DNA of 64,000 bases. Origin: an uncultured Candidatus Saccharibacteria bacterium. GTDB lineage: Bacteria; Patescibacteriota; WWE3; UBA101185; UBA10185. Location of the stretch: positions 5,555 to 69,554 of the forward strand of contig CAZTQT010000002.1 in NCBI GenBank assembly GCA_964615625.1, written 5' to 3'. The notes below the pieces were generated by a model, which was given only the letters and a program-made list of their open reading frames with translations, was not told the DNA's origin and ran no database searches. Shown here piece after piece: positions 29,459-40,101 of the stretch. The position numbers were made by a program, and so were the translations under genes. How positions within the stretch are numbered: position 1 is the first letter of the stretch; every line of letters starts with the position of its first letter.

Positions 29459-30442
29459 ATGAATCTAAACAAACTGCCAAAAAATCTTCTAAGGGGTTAT
29501 GCTTTTCTTCTTATTGCCACAATTTTGTGGGCTGCTGCAGGACCTGTAATAAAATACACACTCAAATATATACCACCAATGACATTTCTATTTTTAAGAT
29601 TCCTTATTGCAAGCTTAGTTATGCTGCCCTACGCTATTTATGAAATACAAAAAATAGAAATCAACAAAAAAGATTTTCTTGGAATATTTCTATTTGGAGT
29701 CCTAAACCAAACATCAATATCCTTAATATTTTTGGGGTTAGAGAAAACTACAGCTATAGATAATGCGATTATAGGAATACTTGGATCTATACTAGCAGTG
29801 ACAGCTGGAGCTTATTTCTACAGCGAAAAACCAAACAAAAACATAAAGATAGGGTTAATAGTAGCTTCTCTGGGTACATTAATCGCTATGTTAGAACCTA
29901 TTCTCTTAGAAGGAGTAGGTTCAAACACAAAAAACAGACTTATTGGGAATTTAATCTTATTTTCATACAACATTGTATGGGTTTTTTCAATTGTTTGGGC
30001 AAAATCATGTGCTGGGGTTAAATCAAAAGCCATAGATAAATATATAGAATTAATACACATAAAACCATTAACAAAAAAATACCCACCTGCTTTAATGACG
30101 GCGTTGTCTTTTTTTGTTGGAGTTGTTACGTTAGCACCTCTAGCTTTTTTAGAAATGATAAAAAAACCTGATTACAACTTCAGTCTAGCATCAATGAATG
30201 CAAACAGTATAACGGGTTTAATGTATTTAGCTCTTTTCTCTTCTATTGTAGCGTACGTTGTTTATCAAAAATCTTTAGAAGATGTGAAAGTTACAGATAC
30301 TGCATTTTTCCATTACCTAAGCCCTATTTTTTCTATACCTATAGCTTATCTATTACTTGGAGAAACTGTAAATATATATTCTTTAGTAGGAATAGTACTT
30401 ATTTTTACAGGTGTTTACATAGCAGAAGTCAAAAAACCGTAA
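29459..30442 (+). CDS. EamA/DMT-family transporter
   Basis: Ten TM helices arranged as two EamA halves. Confidence 0.7.
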   Translation: MNLNKLPKNLLRGYAFLLIATILWAAAGPVIKYTLKYIPPMTFLFLRFLIASLVMLPYAIYEIQKIEINKKDFLGIFLFGVLNQTSISLIFLGLEKTTAIDNAIIGILGSILAVTAGAYFYSEKPNKNIKIGLIVASLGTLIAMLEPILLEGVGSNTKNRLIGNLILFSYNIVWVFSIVWAKSCAGVKSKAIDKYIELIHIKPLTKKYPPALMTALSFFVGVVTLAPLAFLEMIKKPDYNFSLASMNANSITGLMYLALFSSIVAYVVYQKSLEDVKVTDTAFFHYLSPIFSIPIAYLLLGETVNIYSLVGIVLIFTGVYIAEVKKP

Positions 30443-30486
30443 TATACTTGTTGAAAACGTGAAATATTGTTATACTCCTTAACGTT

Positions 30487-30840
30487 ATGAAAAAGGATAT
30501 TCATCCAAAATTAAACAAAGAGTGCGTGGTTACATGTGCGTGTGGTAACACTTTTACTACAATGTCTACCCTACTTTCTATAACGGTGGAAGTCTGTAGT
30601 GCATGTCATCCTTTTTATACTGGACAAGCCAAATTTGTGGACACAGAAGGAAGAATAGAGAAATTTTCTAAGAGATTAAAAATAGCTGAAGAAAGAAAGA
30701 AAGAAGCAGATACGTTAAAATCCGCAAAAAAGGCTAAAAAGAAATCCGCTGAATCATACAAAGAAGTGTCTTTAAAAGAAATGTTGCAGAAAGCAAAAGA
30801 AGAAGATAAAGCAACAGAAACAGAAGAACCAGAAGAATAG
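30487..30840 (+). CDS. rpmE: 50S ribosomal protein L31, with a K/E-rich C-terminal extension
   Basis: MKKDIHPK start and a CxC…CSxCHPFYTG zinc-ribbon motif. Confidence 0.85.
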   Translation: MKKDIHPKLNKECVVTCACGNTFTTMSTLLSITVEVCSACHPFYTGQAKFVDTEGRIEKFSKRLKIAEERKKEADTLKSAKKAKKKSAESYKEVSLKEMLQKAKEEDKATETEEPEE

Positions 30841-30903
30841 ATACATCTCTCCAATCATCCTAAATTTATGTACTTTGTGTTGTTTTTGTATAAAAATTGA
30901 GAT

Positions 30904-31872
30904 ATGGAACAAAACTATTTAGAAATAGAAATTAAAAAAATAGAGGAAGAGATCCTCTTAAATGAAAAGGCCTTGGAAAATGAGGAAAATATGGAAATGA
31001 GAAAAATGATTCAAGAAGAGATAGATTCTTTAACTACACAAAAAAAAGTTCTTGAGGATTCATCCTATTCACAAGGAGAGCATAAAGAGAGCCTAGGTGA
31101 CAGCAATGGTTCCGTCAATATAGATTACAACACCTCTACTTTAGAAATAAGATCGGGCGCTGGTGGAGATGAAGCAGGTCTTTTTGCAAGAGATCTTTAC
31201 AGAATGTATTCAAGATATGGCGAGACAGTTGGTTGGAAAATAAAAGAAGACTACTTAAATGAAAATGAAGCTGGGGGTATTAAAACCTTAATAGCAGAGA
31301 TAAAAGGCCCAGATGTGTACAACATATTAAAAAATGAATCCGGAGTTCATAGAGTACAAAGAGTCCCTATTACAGAATCTGCAGGTAGGATACACACATC
31401 AACAGCCACAGTTGCAGTTTTACCAAAAATTAAAAAAATAGAAATTGAAATAAAACCAGACGATCTTAAGTGGGATTTTTTTAGATCTGGTGGTAAAGGC
31501 GGACAAAACGTAAACAAAGTGTCTACAGCAGTAAGATTAACCCACATACCTACAGACACTGTAGTTGAGTGCCAAGAAGAGCGTTTTCAGGGTAAAAATA
31601 GGGAAAAAGCACTATCTCTTCTCCACTCTAAACTGTATACCCAAATGCAAGAGCAAAATGTTAAAAATATTACTGAGTTAAGATCGTCACAAGTGAGTTC
31701 TGCTGATAGAAGTGAAAAAATAAGAACATATAACTTTCCTCAAGATAGAATAACAGATCATAGAATTGATAAAACTTGGCATAGCTTAGACAGGGTTATG
31801 AATGGTGAAATAGAAAATATATTAAAAGATACAAACGACTTGATGAAACTAAAAGAACAAGAAGAAAATTAA
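30904..31872 (+). CDS. prfA: Peptide chain release factor 1, short form
   Basis: PIT (PxT) codon-recognition tripeptide, GGQ motif RSGGKGGQNVNK, and rpmE–prfA synteny. Confidence 0.85.
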   Translation: MEQNYLEIEIKKIEEEILLNEKALENEENMEMRKMIQEEIDSLTTQKKVLEDSSYSQGEHKESLGDSNGSVNIDYNTSTLEIRSGAGGDEAGLFARDLYRMYSRYGETVGWKIKEDYLNENEAGGIKTLIAEIKGPDVYNILKNESGVHRVQRVPITESAGRIHTSTATVAVLPKIKKIEIEIKPDDLKWDFFRSGGKGGQNVNKVSTAVRLTHIPTDTVVECQEERFQGKNREKALSLLHSKLYTQMQEQNVKNITELRSSQVSSADRSEKIRTYNFPQDRITDHRIDKTWHSLDRVMNGEIENILKDTNDLMKLKEQEEN

Positions 31873-33083
31873 ATTTCTTTTGCCATTTCCAAAGCCTTGT
31901 TTAACTGAGCATCTATACTATTATCCAAATCTTCTTCCGTAACTTCCACAGTCACATCTGGCTCTAATCCATTTTTATGAACCCACTCTTCTTTTGGAGT
32001 AAGCCATTTTGCTATTGTTACATGTAACCCAGAGCCATCTTTAAAGTCTTTAGCATCTTGTATAGTTCCTTTGCCAAAGGATTTCATTCCAATTATCTTG
32101 GCGCCAATATTATCTCTTAAAGCCGCTGCTAATATCTCAGAAGCTGAGGCACTCCCCTGATCTATAAGAACAAATACTCCAGGAATATCTTTAAATATCC
32201 CAACTTTAGATGTTTTAAATGGGATTTTCTCTCCTGTAGATAATTCTTCAACCAATACTGGCTTTCCTCTAAAGAAATCTTCTGATATATGAACTGCAGA
32301 ATCAAGATAACCTCCTGGATTTCCTCTTACGTCTATTATCACAGCATCAAGTTCATTCATTTTTACATTTATTTCAGAAGCAACTTTGTCCCATTCTCTA
32401 TTTGTTTCTGTACCAAATCTACTTATTCTTATATAGGCAGTACCGTCTCCTTTATCTTCCCAAGTTACACTTGAAACTGTTATAACACCTCTTGTTAAAT
32501 CAACATCTCTTGGATCGCCAGTACCTGTCTGGATAACCAATTTAACCTGTGTGCCAGAAGAACCACGTATTAAAGAAACTGCCTCGCTAACATCCATCCC
32601 AGCGGTACTTTTATCATCAATTTGTAAAATTTTATCCCCAGCTTTTAAACCTGCTTTCTTGGCAGGAGAGCCGTCCAACGGGGCTACTATAACTAAAAAA
32701 TCATCCTTTAAACCAAGTTCAGCTCCAATACCTTCATATTTCCCACCCATTGAGTCCATAAAGCTTTTGTTAATCTCTGGGGGTAAAAATGTGGTATATG
32801 GGTCCCCTAAAGAACTAACCATTCCAGAAATAGCTCCGTACATCATTGCTTTCTGATCAATAGGTCTCTCAAGATATGTTGTGTTTAACATATCCCAAAC
32901 TTCCCAAAAAAGAGAGAAATCAAGCTCACCCTTTGGTGGTAATTTATTAGTAATCTTTATTTCTGGAGGATTTTTTCTGACTTCAAAAACAAAGCCTCTT
33001 TTTCCAAAGTAGTAACCACCATAAAAAAACCCCACGGCTATTAAAAAAATTATTAAAGTGTTCTGAAACTTTTTAAACTTCAT
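31869..33083 (-). CDS. C-terminal processing peptidase (S41 family, PDZ-containing)
   Basis: N-terminal TM helix, PDZ domain, and the S41 catalytic region GSASASEILAAAL. Confidence 0.85.
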   Translation of the reverse strand: MKFKKFQNTLIIFLIAVGFFYGGYYFGKRGFVFEVRKNPPEIKITNKLPPKGELDFSLFWEVWDMLNTTYLERPIDQKAMMYGAISGMVSSLGDPYTTFLPPEINKSFMDSMGGKYEGIGAELGLKDDFLVIVAPLDGSPAKKAGLKAGDKILQIDDKSTAGMDVSEAVSLIRGSSGTQVKLVIQTGTGDPRDVDLTRGVITVSSVTWEDKGDGTAYIRISRFGTETNREWDKVASEINVKMNELDAVIIDVRGNPGGYLDSAVHISEDFFRGKPVLVEELSTGEKIPFKTSKVGIFKDIPGVFVLIDQGSASASEILAAALRDNIGAKIIGMKSFGKGTIQDAKDFKDGSGLHVTIAKWLTPKEEWVHKNGLEPDVTVEVTEEDLDNSIDAQLNKALEMAKEI

Positions 33084-33087
33084 TGAT

Positions 33088-34080
33088 CTACTCTACTATA
33101 AAAAAATTAGGATACCTTACTTCTGCAATTATATTATCAACGCTGAACCTAACAAATATACTAGATTCACCAACAGTGTCAACTACTCCTGTTTGTCCAA
33201 AATGTGGATCCTGCAGTATTTGTACAGTCATACCCTGTTCAATGTTCTTAAAAACAGCGTTCTCACTAACCTCTTTCTCAGGATTCAAATCCTCTACTCT
33301 AACGGGAATTCTTAACAAGTTATTTTCACCTTCAAAAAATACATATCTGTAAGAAACAGAGCTCAAGAATTTATATATTTCTTCAGATGTTTTTAACCTT
33401 CCAAAACCACAAAATATGCCAATAGGGAAATTGTGTTCTTTTGCAAAATCAAAAACTTCGTTATGAGCACTTCCGACCAATAAAGCAGATGCTTCTAATT
33501 CATATGCTCTCTTTACCACATCCACACTTACATAATCCCCAATATACACAATTTTTCCTTTTATACCTTTAACAAAATTTTCTAAGTAAGAAGTTTTTAA
33601 TACATCAGAAGGATTAGGGAAAACTACCAACTCACCGGACGCGTGAAATTTTGTGCTAGATGCTAATAAAATATCTTTTGTTTGAGTTTCTATTAGTGCT
33701 GACATATTCTCATAAAAAGATTTAACATTTCCCCACACACCTGAAAGAAGTACATATTTTCTTTCATTTTCTTCAAATACAAACCCACCACCTTCAATTT
33801 CTTTTAAAGTACCATCGTAAGGAGCAAAAATTTTCTCATTTTTTGCTTTCCCAAGAAGAGTATCAACATAATAAAATTTACTTGGAGTTTTTAAATCAAC
33901 AGGTTTAAACCCGTCTGGAAGACTTAGCTTATTCTGAGAAAATCTACAATCTCCTAAACTATTGAAGGGCTCAACAAAATCCCCTTCTTTTACACCCCAG
34001 ACACCACCTACAGGAAAAACCCTTTCTATGAAACATTTTCTATTTTCAGTTATTTTTTTAACAACAGGTACTAACATCAA
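33088..34080 (-). CDS. Hypothetical protein
   Basis: 330-aa ORF, 4-bp overlap with the upstream gene, no TM helix. Confidence 0.45.
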   Translation of the reverse strand: MMLVPVVKKITENRKCFIERVFPVGGVWGVKEGDFVEPFNSLGDCRFSQNKLSLPDGFKPVDLKTPSKFYYVDTLLGKAKNEKIFAPYDGTLKEIEGGGFVFEENERKYVLLSGVWGNVKSFYENMSALIETQTKDILLASSTKFHASGELVVFPNPSDVLKTSYLENFVKGIKGKIVYIGDYVSVDVVKRAYELEASALLVGSAHNEVFDFAKEHNFPIGIFCGFGRLKTSEEIYKFLSSVSYRYVFFEGENNLLRIPVRVEDLNPEKEVSENAVFKNIEQGMTVQILQDPHFGQTGVVDTVGESSIFVRFSVDNIIAEVRYPNFFIVE

Positions 34081-35108
34081 TTTCCTTTTAAAACAGACTC
34101 AAACTGCTTTATACAATCATTAAATAACTTTACATCAGAATATATACTCCCACTACCACTTGCTCGTGTATCAAACACCAAGCCAATCCTTCCCCCAGTA
34201 GCTCTTAAATCTATAGTTCCAAGATCTCTGCTTTTTATAGAAACCTTAGCAGGGTTTTCAACCTTCAGAGGAAGTACAAAAACTTTATTTTCTTCAATTT
34301 CAATAAATTTATCATCCCCAACACCGGTGCTTAACAAACACTCGCAAGCACCACCGGTCCTTATGAATAATCCTGAGTCCTCTATGTACTCAAAAAGATC
34401 CCCAACCATCTCCTTATCGTATAACTGAGTTGCTCTATAAAGCGAAAAAAAGTTAGAAGTATCAAGATAAATATTAAAAACTCCAAGACCTCTAAGCATA
34501 TCTAAAGCCAAAATATAATTGAGTTCTTTATCTAAAATATTTTGCGAAAATCTACCACCTGTAAAAATGATTTTCCTACCAGATTCAAACTTTAGATTCT
34601 TTGGTATCCTTCCATAAACTTCTGTATCAACAGATATTTGAGAAGAAACATCTGACGGAACTAGCTGTGGGAAAATAGCTGCATTAGCAATATCATTAAA
34701 TTCACCAAAATCACTCTCACTCTTTTCTGCACCAACATATTCTCTAATATCGGATTTTGAGCTTATATATCCTTTTGTTATCAGGGCACTGTTGTTAACA
34801 AAAACTGGTATTATTTCATCTGCTTTTTCAATTAGATCTACCACTCCGACTGAGAGTTTAGTTTTTATATTTAAATTTGGAGGTTCTATGAAACCACAAG
34901 TTACAATGTTGCAAGTACTTGGTTTTATACCCCTATCAATCATTATTTTTTCCAACAGTTTGGAATAAAAATCACTCTCATCACACTGATTAGAAAACAG
35001 TCCTTTTGAATAAACATACGGGAAATTCAAGATTTCTGTACTTTTCTTATCTTTTTTTATTAAAAAACTCACACCCGAAACATCAAAATGAGCAGTTATT
35101 AAGGACAT
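34077..35108 (-). CDS. Hypothetical protein, possibly an actin-like ASKHA-fold ATPase
   Basis: Phosphate-1-like N-terminus ITAHFDVSGVSFLI and a later IIFTGGRFSQN. This is weak similarity only. Confidence 0.4.
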   Translation of the reverse strand: MSLITAHFDVSGVSFLIKKDKKSTEILNFPYVYSKGLFSNQCDESDFYSKLLEKIMIDRGIKPSTCNIVTCGFIEPPNLNIKTKLSVGVVDLIEKADEIIPVFVNNSALITKGYISSKSDIREYVGAEKSESDFGEFNDIANAAIFPQLVPSDVSSQISVDTEVYGRIPKNLKFESGRKIIFTGGRFSQNILDKELNYILALDMLRGLGVFNIYLDTSNFFSLYRATQLYDKEMVGDLFEYIEDSGLFIRTGGACECLLSTGVGDDKFIEIEENKVFVLPLKVENPAKVSIKSRDLGTIDLRATGGRIGLVFDTRASGSGSIYSDVKLFNDCIKQFESVLKGN

Positions 35109-35127
35109 GGGTATATGATATCAATCA

Positions 35128-35385
35128 CTAAAGGGCGTGTCTATCAGTATAAGGTAAGAGCCCCATATATCTAGCTTTTTTTATCTCAACAGCTAAGAGC
35201 CTTTGATTTTTTGCTGTAAGACCGCTGTACTTCTGGGGAATAATCTTTCCTCTTTCGTTTATAAATCTTCTCAAAACTAATACCTCTTTATAGTCAGGTG
35301 TAGTTCCGGTTTCTGTAAAATAACAATTTTTTGCTACCGGAGTTCTTTTTTCTCTTCTTGGTTTTTTATCTTTTTTGTATGCCAT
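35128..35385 (-). CDS. rpsR: 30S ribosomal protein S18
   Basis: RFINERGKIIP…TAKNQRLL signature. Confidence 0.9.
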   Translation of the reverse strand: MAYKKDKKPRREKRTPVAKNCYFTETGTTPDYKEVLVLRRFINERGKIIPQKYSGLTAKNQRLLAVEIKKARYMGLLPYTDRHAL

Positions 35386-35441
35386 GTTTAATCTTTAATC
35401 AACTAGCCCCGCAATCTGCGGGGCCCTAATTTCAATATAAT

Positions 35442-35930
35442 TTAGTTTCCTTCTCCTGTATCTAAGTCCCCTGTATCCAGATCTCCAAGATCAAGATCTC
35501 CTAGATCATCTAAGTTTATCTCTTCACCAGAGTCTCCTTCATTTCCTTCATCATGGTATTCAACATCATCCATCTCATCACCGTCTTCCCCACCTTTTTT
35601 AGGGGTCAAAATGATCATATCGTCAATTATAATCTCTGTCTTATATCTCTTCTTACCATCATCGCCGACCCAATCTCTGGTTTGAAGCCTTCCTTCAACA
35701 AAGACTTTAATACCTTTTTTGAGAAGCTGACCACATATTTCAGCTAGCTTGTTCCAAGCAACAACATTATGAAAATCTACTGATTGCTTCTTTTCACCTT
35801 GTGTAACCCACTCTCTATTGGTGGCTATTACAAAACTTGCTACTGCATTCCCTTGAGGAGTGTACCTCATCTCGGGATCTCTTGTTAGGTTACCTATAAG
35901 CATTACTTTGTTTAGATTTCTTGATGCCAT
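35442..35930 (-). CDS. ssb: Single-stranded DNA-binding protein
   Basis: OB-fold N-terminus MASRNLNKVMLIGNLTRDPEMRYT. The acidic tail ends in DLGDLDTGDLDTGEGN. Confidence 0.9.
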   Translation of the reverse strand: MASRNLNKVMLIGNLTRDPEMRYTPQGNAVASFVIATNREWVTQGEKKQSVDFHNVVAWNKLAEICGQLLKKGIKVFVEGRLQTRDWVGDDGKKRYKTEIIIDDMIILTPKKGGEDGDEMDDVEYHDEGNEGDSGEEINLDDLGDLDLGDLDTGDLDTGEGN

Positions 35931-35955
35931 AGTATTTCCTTCCTCCTGTGCTTGC

Positions 35956-36237
35956 TCACTTCTGAGCAGTAATTAGATACCTCATTAAACCGTTAAGTAA
36001 ATTCAATTTTTCCCTTAATTTTTTTACAACCGAAGAATCACATTCAAAAGTGAAAATGTCGTAAAAACCCTCTGTATTCTTTTCTATCTCATAAGCAAAC
36101 TTTCTTCTGCCCCAAAAATTATTTTGTATTTCCTTAGCTCCTGCAGAGCTCAAGACCTCAGATAGGCTACTTGATAGTTTCTTAGCACCTTCTTCTCCAA
36201 GATCATTCCTATAAATTGTCATTATTTCGTATTTCAT
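35956..36237 (-). CDS. rpsF: 30S ribosomal protein S6
   Basis: MKYEIM…WGRRKFAYEI signature, with rpsF–ssb–rpsR synteny. Confidence 0.9.
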   Translation of the reverse strand: MKYEIMTIYRNDLGEEGAKKLSSSLSEVLSSAGAKEIQNNFWGRRKFAYEIEKNTEGFYDIFTFECDSSVVKKLREKLNLLNGLMRYLITAQK

Positions 36238-36380
36238 ATTTAAAGCTTTAAACTACGTCAAATTATATATTTAAAATCCCTCATGTCTATAACTTTAATT
36301 CTATCTACAATAGAATCAGTAGAGACTGGGAAATGTTATCAAAAATGATGAAAAAGGCAAGTGGTATAATAGTATAACAA

Positions 36381-36716
36381 GTGATAATCGTATTTGAAAA
36401 AAAAGCTGATAAAGAAGAAGTTACGGAAGTTACCAAAATATACAAGGGTTACACTAAGGTTGTTGTTGATATAGAAAAAGAAATTTTATCAGCTGGTGGT
36501 GAGTATCACGCAGATTGTGAACAATTACTCATCTCAAACGGCAGCTCACAGGAAAATCTATGGGGAGGTGGGTTTAGGTTTAACAATAAAGAGGTTGATT
36601 TTATGGCCCTAACTAATTTTAAACCTAGTATTAATCATTTTACTTATGAAATATCTCTCCCCGAAATAAGAGAAAAAGTAGAAAAAACTATTAGAAAGAT
36701 TTTTGATAATGAATAG
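36381..36716 (+). CDS. Hypothetical protein
   Basis: 111-aa ORF with no motif recognised. Confidence 0.4.
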   Translation: MIIVFEKKADKEEVTEVTKIYKGYTKVVVDIEKEILSAGGEYHADCEQLLISNGSSQENLWGGGFRFNNKEVDFMALTNFKPSINHFTYEISLPEIREKVEKTIRKIFDNE

Positions 36717-36981
36717 AAATAAAATGAATATAAAAATGGATCTTTTAAGGGTGGCCAAAACTGCACTAGATACTAAAAATGAATTTGATACCCAAGTTTC
36801 CAAAGAATTTTTAGATAAGGCAAAAAAAGAGTTTCTACTAATTGGGGACGAGGAAAGAGATTTATTAAACGTCTTAGAATCCCACTATAATGAAATGGAT
36901 GATATCAAGAATGATCATGAGAAAAGAATAAAATGGGGTGAAAAAATCATGACAATAGCCTCAAGATTAAGCATAAATTGA
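36703..36981 (+). CDS. Hypothetical protein
   Basis: 92-aa ORF overlapping the previous gene by 14 bp. Confidence 0.35.
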   Translation: MIMNRNKMNIKMDLLRVAKTALDTKNEFDTQVSKEFLDKAKKEFLLIGDEERDLLNVLESHYNEMDDIKNDHEKRIKWGEKIMTIASRLSIN

Positions 36982-36987
36982 AATCGT

Positions 36988-38103
36988 TTAAACACTAAAT
37001 CTAAATAAGACTACATCTCCATCTTGGATAGTATAGTTTTTTCCTTCTAATCGTATCATTCCAAGATCCTTTGCTTTTTTCAAACTCCCTATCTTAAAAA
37101 GATCCTCAAAATTTATTATTTCTGCAGATATAAAACCTCTTTCAAAATCTGTATGTATTTCACCTGCAGCTTGTGGTGCCTTAGATCCTTTTTTTATTGT
37201 CCACGCTCTTACTTCTTTTGGACCTGCTGTTAAAAAAGTTTCCAGACCTAAAATTTCGTATCCTTTTTTAATAAGTTTATCTAAACCAGAGTACTCTATC
37301 CCGAGCTCTTTTAAATAATTTTCACGCTCATTTTTATCAAAATCAGCTAATTCTGACTCTAATTTTGCACAAATCACAACCCCGTTCTTCAGATCTTTTG
37401 GAATGTTTTGTTCACTTTTATTACTCAAAAACCCTTCATCAACATTTAAAACGTAAATTTGCGGTTTTTGGGTCAATAAATGCAATTCTTTTGAAGCCTC
37501 TAGCTCCTCTTCTGTTAAATCAATTTGGTTAGCTAATACTCCTTTGTTCAACTCATCTAAAATTTTCTTTGCTGTTTCATATTTTACTCTTGCTTCTTTT
37601 CCTGAATTTCCCCTTGTCTCTTTTTCTAACTTCCCTATTACGTTTTCTAAAGATTGTATATCAGCAAGAATAAGTTCTGTATTTATCGTCTCCTTATCAG
37701 ACTCGGGATCTATAGAACCAGATCTAATAACGTTATCATCACTAAAAAACCTAACTACGTGGGCAATAGCGTTTACTTCTCTTATATGTCCTAAAAAAGC
37801 ATTTCCTAAACCTTCACCTTTAGAGGCACCCTTAACTAAGCCCGCAATGTCATAAAATTTCACTACAGCTGGGGTTACTTTTTCAGGTATTTCTCTACCT
37901 TCTGACCCTCTCCCGTGATCATTTACTACTATTTTGCATAATTCTTCTAATCTGTAGTCAGGGACGTCCACCATTCCTATATTTGGCTCAATTGTTGCAA
38001 AAGGATAGTTTGCCGCTAAAGCAGCCTGACGTTTTAATAATGCATTAAACAATGTTGACTTCCCAACGTTGGGAAGACCTACGATACCTATAGATAGACT
38101 CAT
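36988..38103 (-). CDS. ychF: Ribosome-binding ATPase YchF (Obg family)
   Basis: G1 motif GIVGLPNVGKSTLFNAL and a C-terminal TGS domain. Confidence 0.9.
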   Translation of the reverse strand: MSLSIGIVGLPNVGKSTLFNALLKRQAALAANYPFATIEPNIGMVDVPDYRLEELCKIVVNDHGRGSEGREIPEKVTPAVVKFYDIAGLVKGASKGEGLGNAFLGHIREVNAIAHVVRFFSDDNVIRSGSIDPESDKETINTELILADIQSLENVIGKLEKETRGNSGKEARVKYETAKKILDELNKGVLANQIDLTEEELEASKELHLLTQKPQIYVLNVDEGFLSNKSEQNIPKDLKNGVVICAKLESELADFDKNERENYLKELGIEYSGLDKLIKKGYEILGLETFLTAGPKEVRAWTIKKGSKAPQAAGEIHTDFERGFISAEIINFEDLFKIGSLKKAKDLGMIRLEGKNYTIQDGDVVLFRFSV

Positions 38104-38531
38104 AATTTAGAAACCTATTATAAACCTAAAAACCTGTACATTATGCCAAATGGTAATAAATAAATCCAATATCAGACTTGTATACAAAAAAGCGCCCGAG
38201 TGAGAGACAATGTATCTCAACATCGAGCGCTTTAAAAACAAGTGATTGTTTTTAGATTAGATTGATAGTTCTTGGATCTCTTTCTAATCATTTTGCTACT
38301 TATACCCTCCTGTTAGAACGGGTTTAATTCAACATCAAGTAGCTGGATGTTTGATTATTTCTGCCTTTTTATTTATAAGGTCTTATCGGTTCTCAATCAT
38401 TCCGAACAATTATTTAATAGGCAAATCCTCATCAATCAAATGTCCTGGCGGGGGCACTTGATATCAGATTCTTTTAACCTAGCCCAATGTTTTCTCCCTA
38501 AATTTTAAGTCCTAGGTAAGGACTCTAAGTG

Positions 38532-39239
38532 CTATTCAGTAATTTCGAGAAGAATGCCACTGATCTTCTCCAAGGACCACTCCTTGGTACGACAGGCCAT
38601 CTCTTCAATATCGAGTATCCAATCCAGATACCCTATTTCCAAGTGTCCTACTTGATTTATCCCTACAGTGAGACCAGGTTGCATTTTTATTATGTCTGTG
38701 GTTTCCCACTTCTCTGGTTCTTTGTAAGAACCATTACCAATAACGCCAATCTGGAGGGCTAACCACCCACTTTCGGGCATTTCCCACAGATCGGCAAATT
38801 CATCGGTAACGGTTAAAATTCTTCCTGTTTCGGCATCTACCCACCGATAACTGGCATCCACGTTTCTCCAATCTTGCACCCAAACATTATTGTCAGGGTT
38901 GGTGACAAAAGTGAAAAACGCTTTAAAACGAGCGTATTCCTCAGCGTATGAGTATCCTGAGAATTGTGTATCAGGGACCCTATCAAACAAAACCCCCATT
39001 AGATAATTAGGGCTTGTAGTCTGAGCATAATTAAATGCCCATTTTTCTAAGGCATTTAACTCTCTTGGACCTTTTTCCATAATAGGGGTCCATACAGCAT
39101 GACCATTCTGCTCAATCCAGTTAACAGAGATTATCTCTTCTCCTCGGATTGTGGCGTTTATCTGATACCCATCTCTATAATGGGCACCATCAGGGAATAT
39201 ACTCATTAACGCCCTAAGCTGTGGTGGTTTTAAGTCCAC
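38532..39239 (-). CDS. Hypothetical protein, Trp/aromatic-rich
   Basis: 235-aa ORF with no motif recognised. Confidence 0.45.
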   Translation of the reverse strand: MDLKPPQLRALMSIFPDGAHYRDGYQINATIRGEEIISVNWIEQNGHAVWTPIMEKGPRELNALEKWAFNYAQTTSPNYLMGVLFDRVPDTQFSGYSYAEEYARFKAFFTFVTNPDNNVWVQDWRNVDASYRWVDAETGRILTVTDEFADLWEMPESGWLALQIGVIGNGSYKEPEKWETTDIIKMQPGLTVGINQVGHLEIGYLDWILDIEEMACRTKEWSLEKISGILLEITE

Positions 39240-39313
39240 CTCATAGCAGAAATCTTCCCCCTCATACTCAAAACTGAAAAATACATCAGTGTCTTCAGGG
39301 TGGAAAAATTCCT

Positions 39314-40087
39314 ATGTATTCAAAGACTTTGAAAGAATCTGGCTTAAAAGACAAAGAAGCTATAATTTACGACATACTTTTAGACCACGGGATACTACCT
39401 GTTGTAGAAATAATAAAAAAATCAGGATTAAAAAGAGGGATAGTTTATAAAACACTTTACGACTTACAAGACAAAGGTCTTGTCTCCAAACAAACAATTA
39501 AAAAGAAATTACATTTTAGAGCCGAGCATCCCTATAAATTATCTGAACTTGTTGAAGAACAATTAAGAAAAGCCCAAAATAACCAACTGACTTTGCAGAC
39601 CTACCTACCCCAGTTAATATCTGCTTTTAAAACAACTGACAATAAACCTGGTGTGAAAATATATGAAGGAGTGAATGGTATTAAAGAAGTTTATAACGAT
39701 ACATTAAAAGAAGGAAAAGAAATTTGGGCCATATTACAGACATCAGATGTTGAACCAAAAATATATGATTGGTTGACAAAAACATATGGTAAAAAAAGAG
39801 CTGAATCAAACATTTGGGCTAAAGTTATTGTGGCTCAAGATATAAAAACAAAAACTTACACAAGCAAAAATGAGTTAGAAAAATGCGAAACTAGAGTTGT
39901 TCCTAAAGAAAAATTTCCCATTGGTATAGAGGTTGATATCTACGGAAGCAAGGTTGCCTTCATTAACTTTCATAAAGATGGGGATCTGGTTGGAATAATT
40001 GTCCAAAATGATCTTATTGCCAACACAATGAGAGCTTTGTTCTCTCTAGCCTGGGAAAAAGCTGGGGATTATGCCACAAGAAATTAG
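39314..40087 (+). CDS. Winged-helix transcriptional regulator (TrmB/MarR-like N-terminus) with a C-terminal domain
   Basis: N-terminal wHTH pattern LKDKEAIIYDILLDHG…VYKTLYDLQDKGLV. Confidence 0.5.
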   Translation: MYSKTLKESGLKDKEAIIYDILLDHGILPVVEIIKKSGLKRGIVYKTLYDLQDKGLVSKQTIKKKLHFRAEHPYKLSELVEEQLRKAQNNQLTLQTYLPQLISAFKTTDNKPGVKIYEGVNGIKEVYNDTLKEGKEIWAILQTSDVEPKIYDWLTKTYGKKRAESNIWAKVIVAQDIKTKTYTSKNELEKCETRVVPKEKFPIGIEVDIYGSKVAFINFHKDGDLVGIIVQNDLIANTMRALFSLAWEKAGDYATRN

Positions 40088-40101
40088 AAACGCTGTTTTA
40101 A

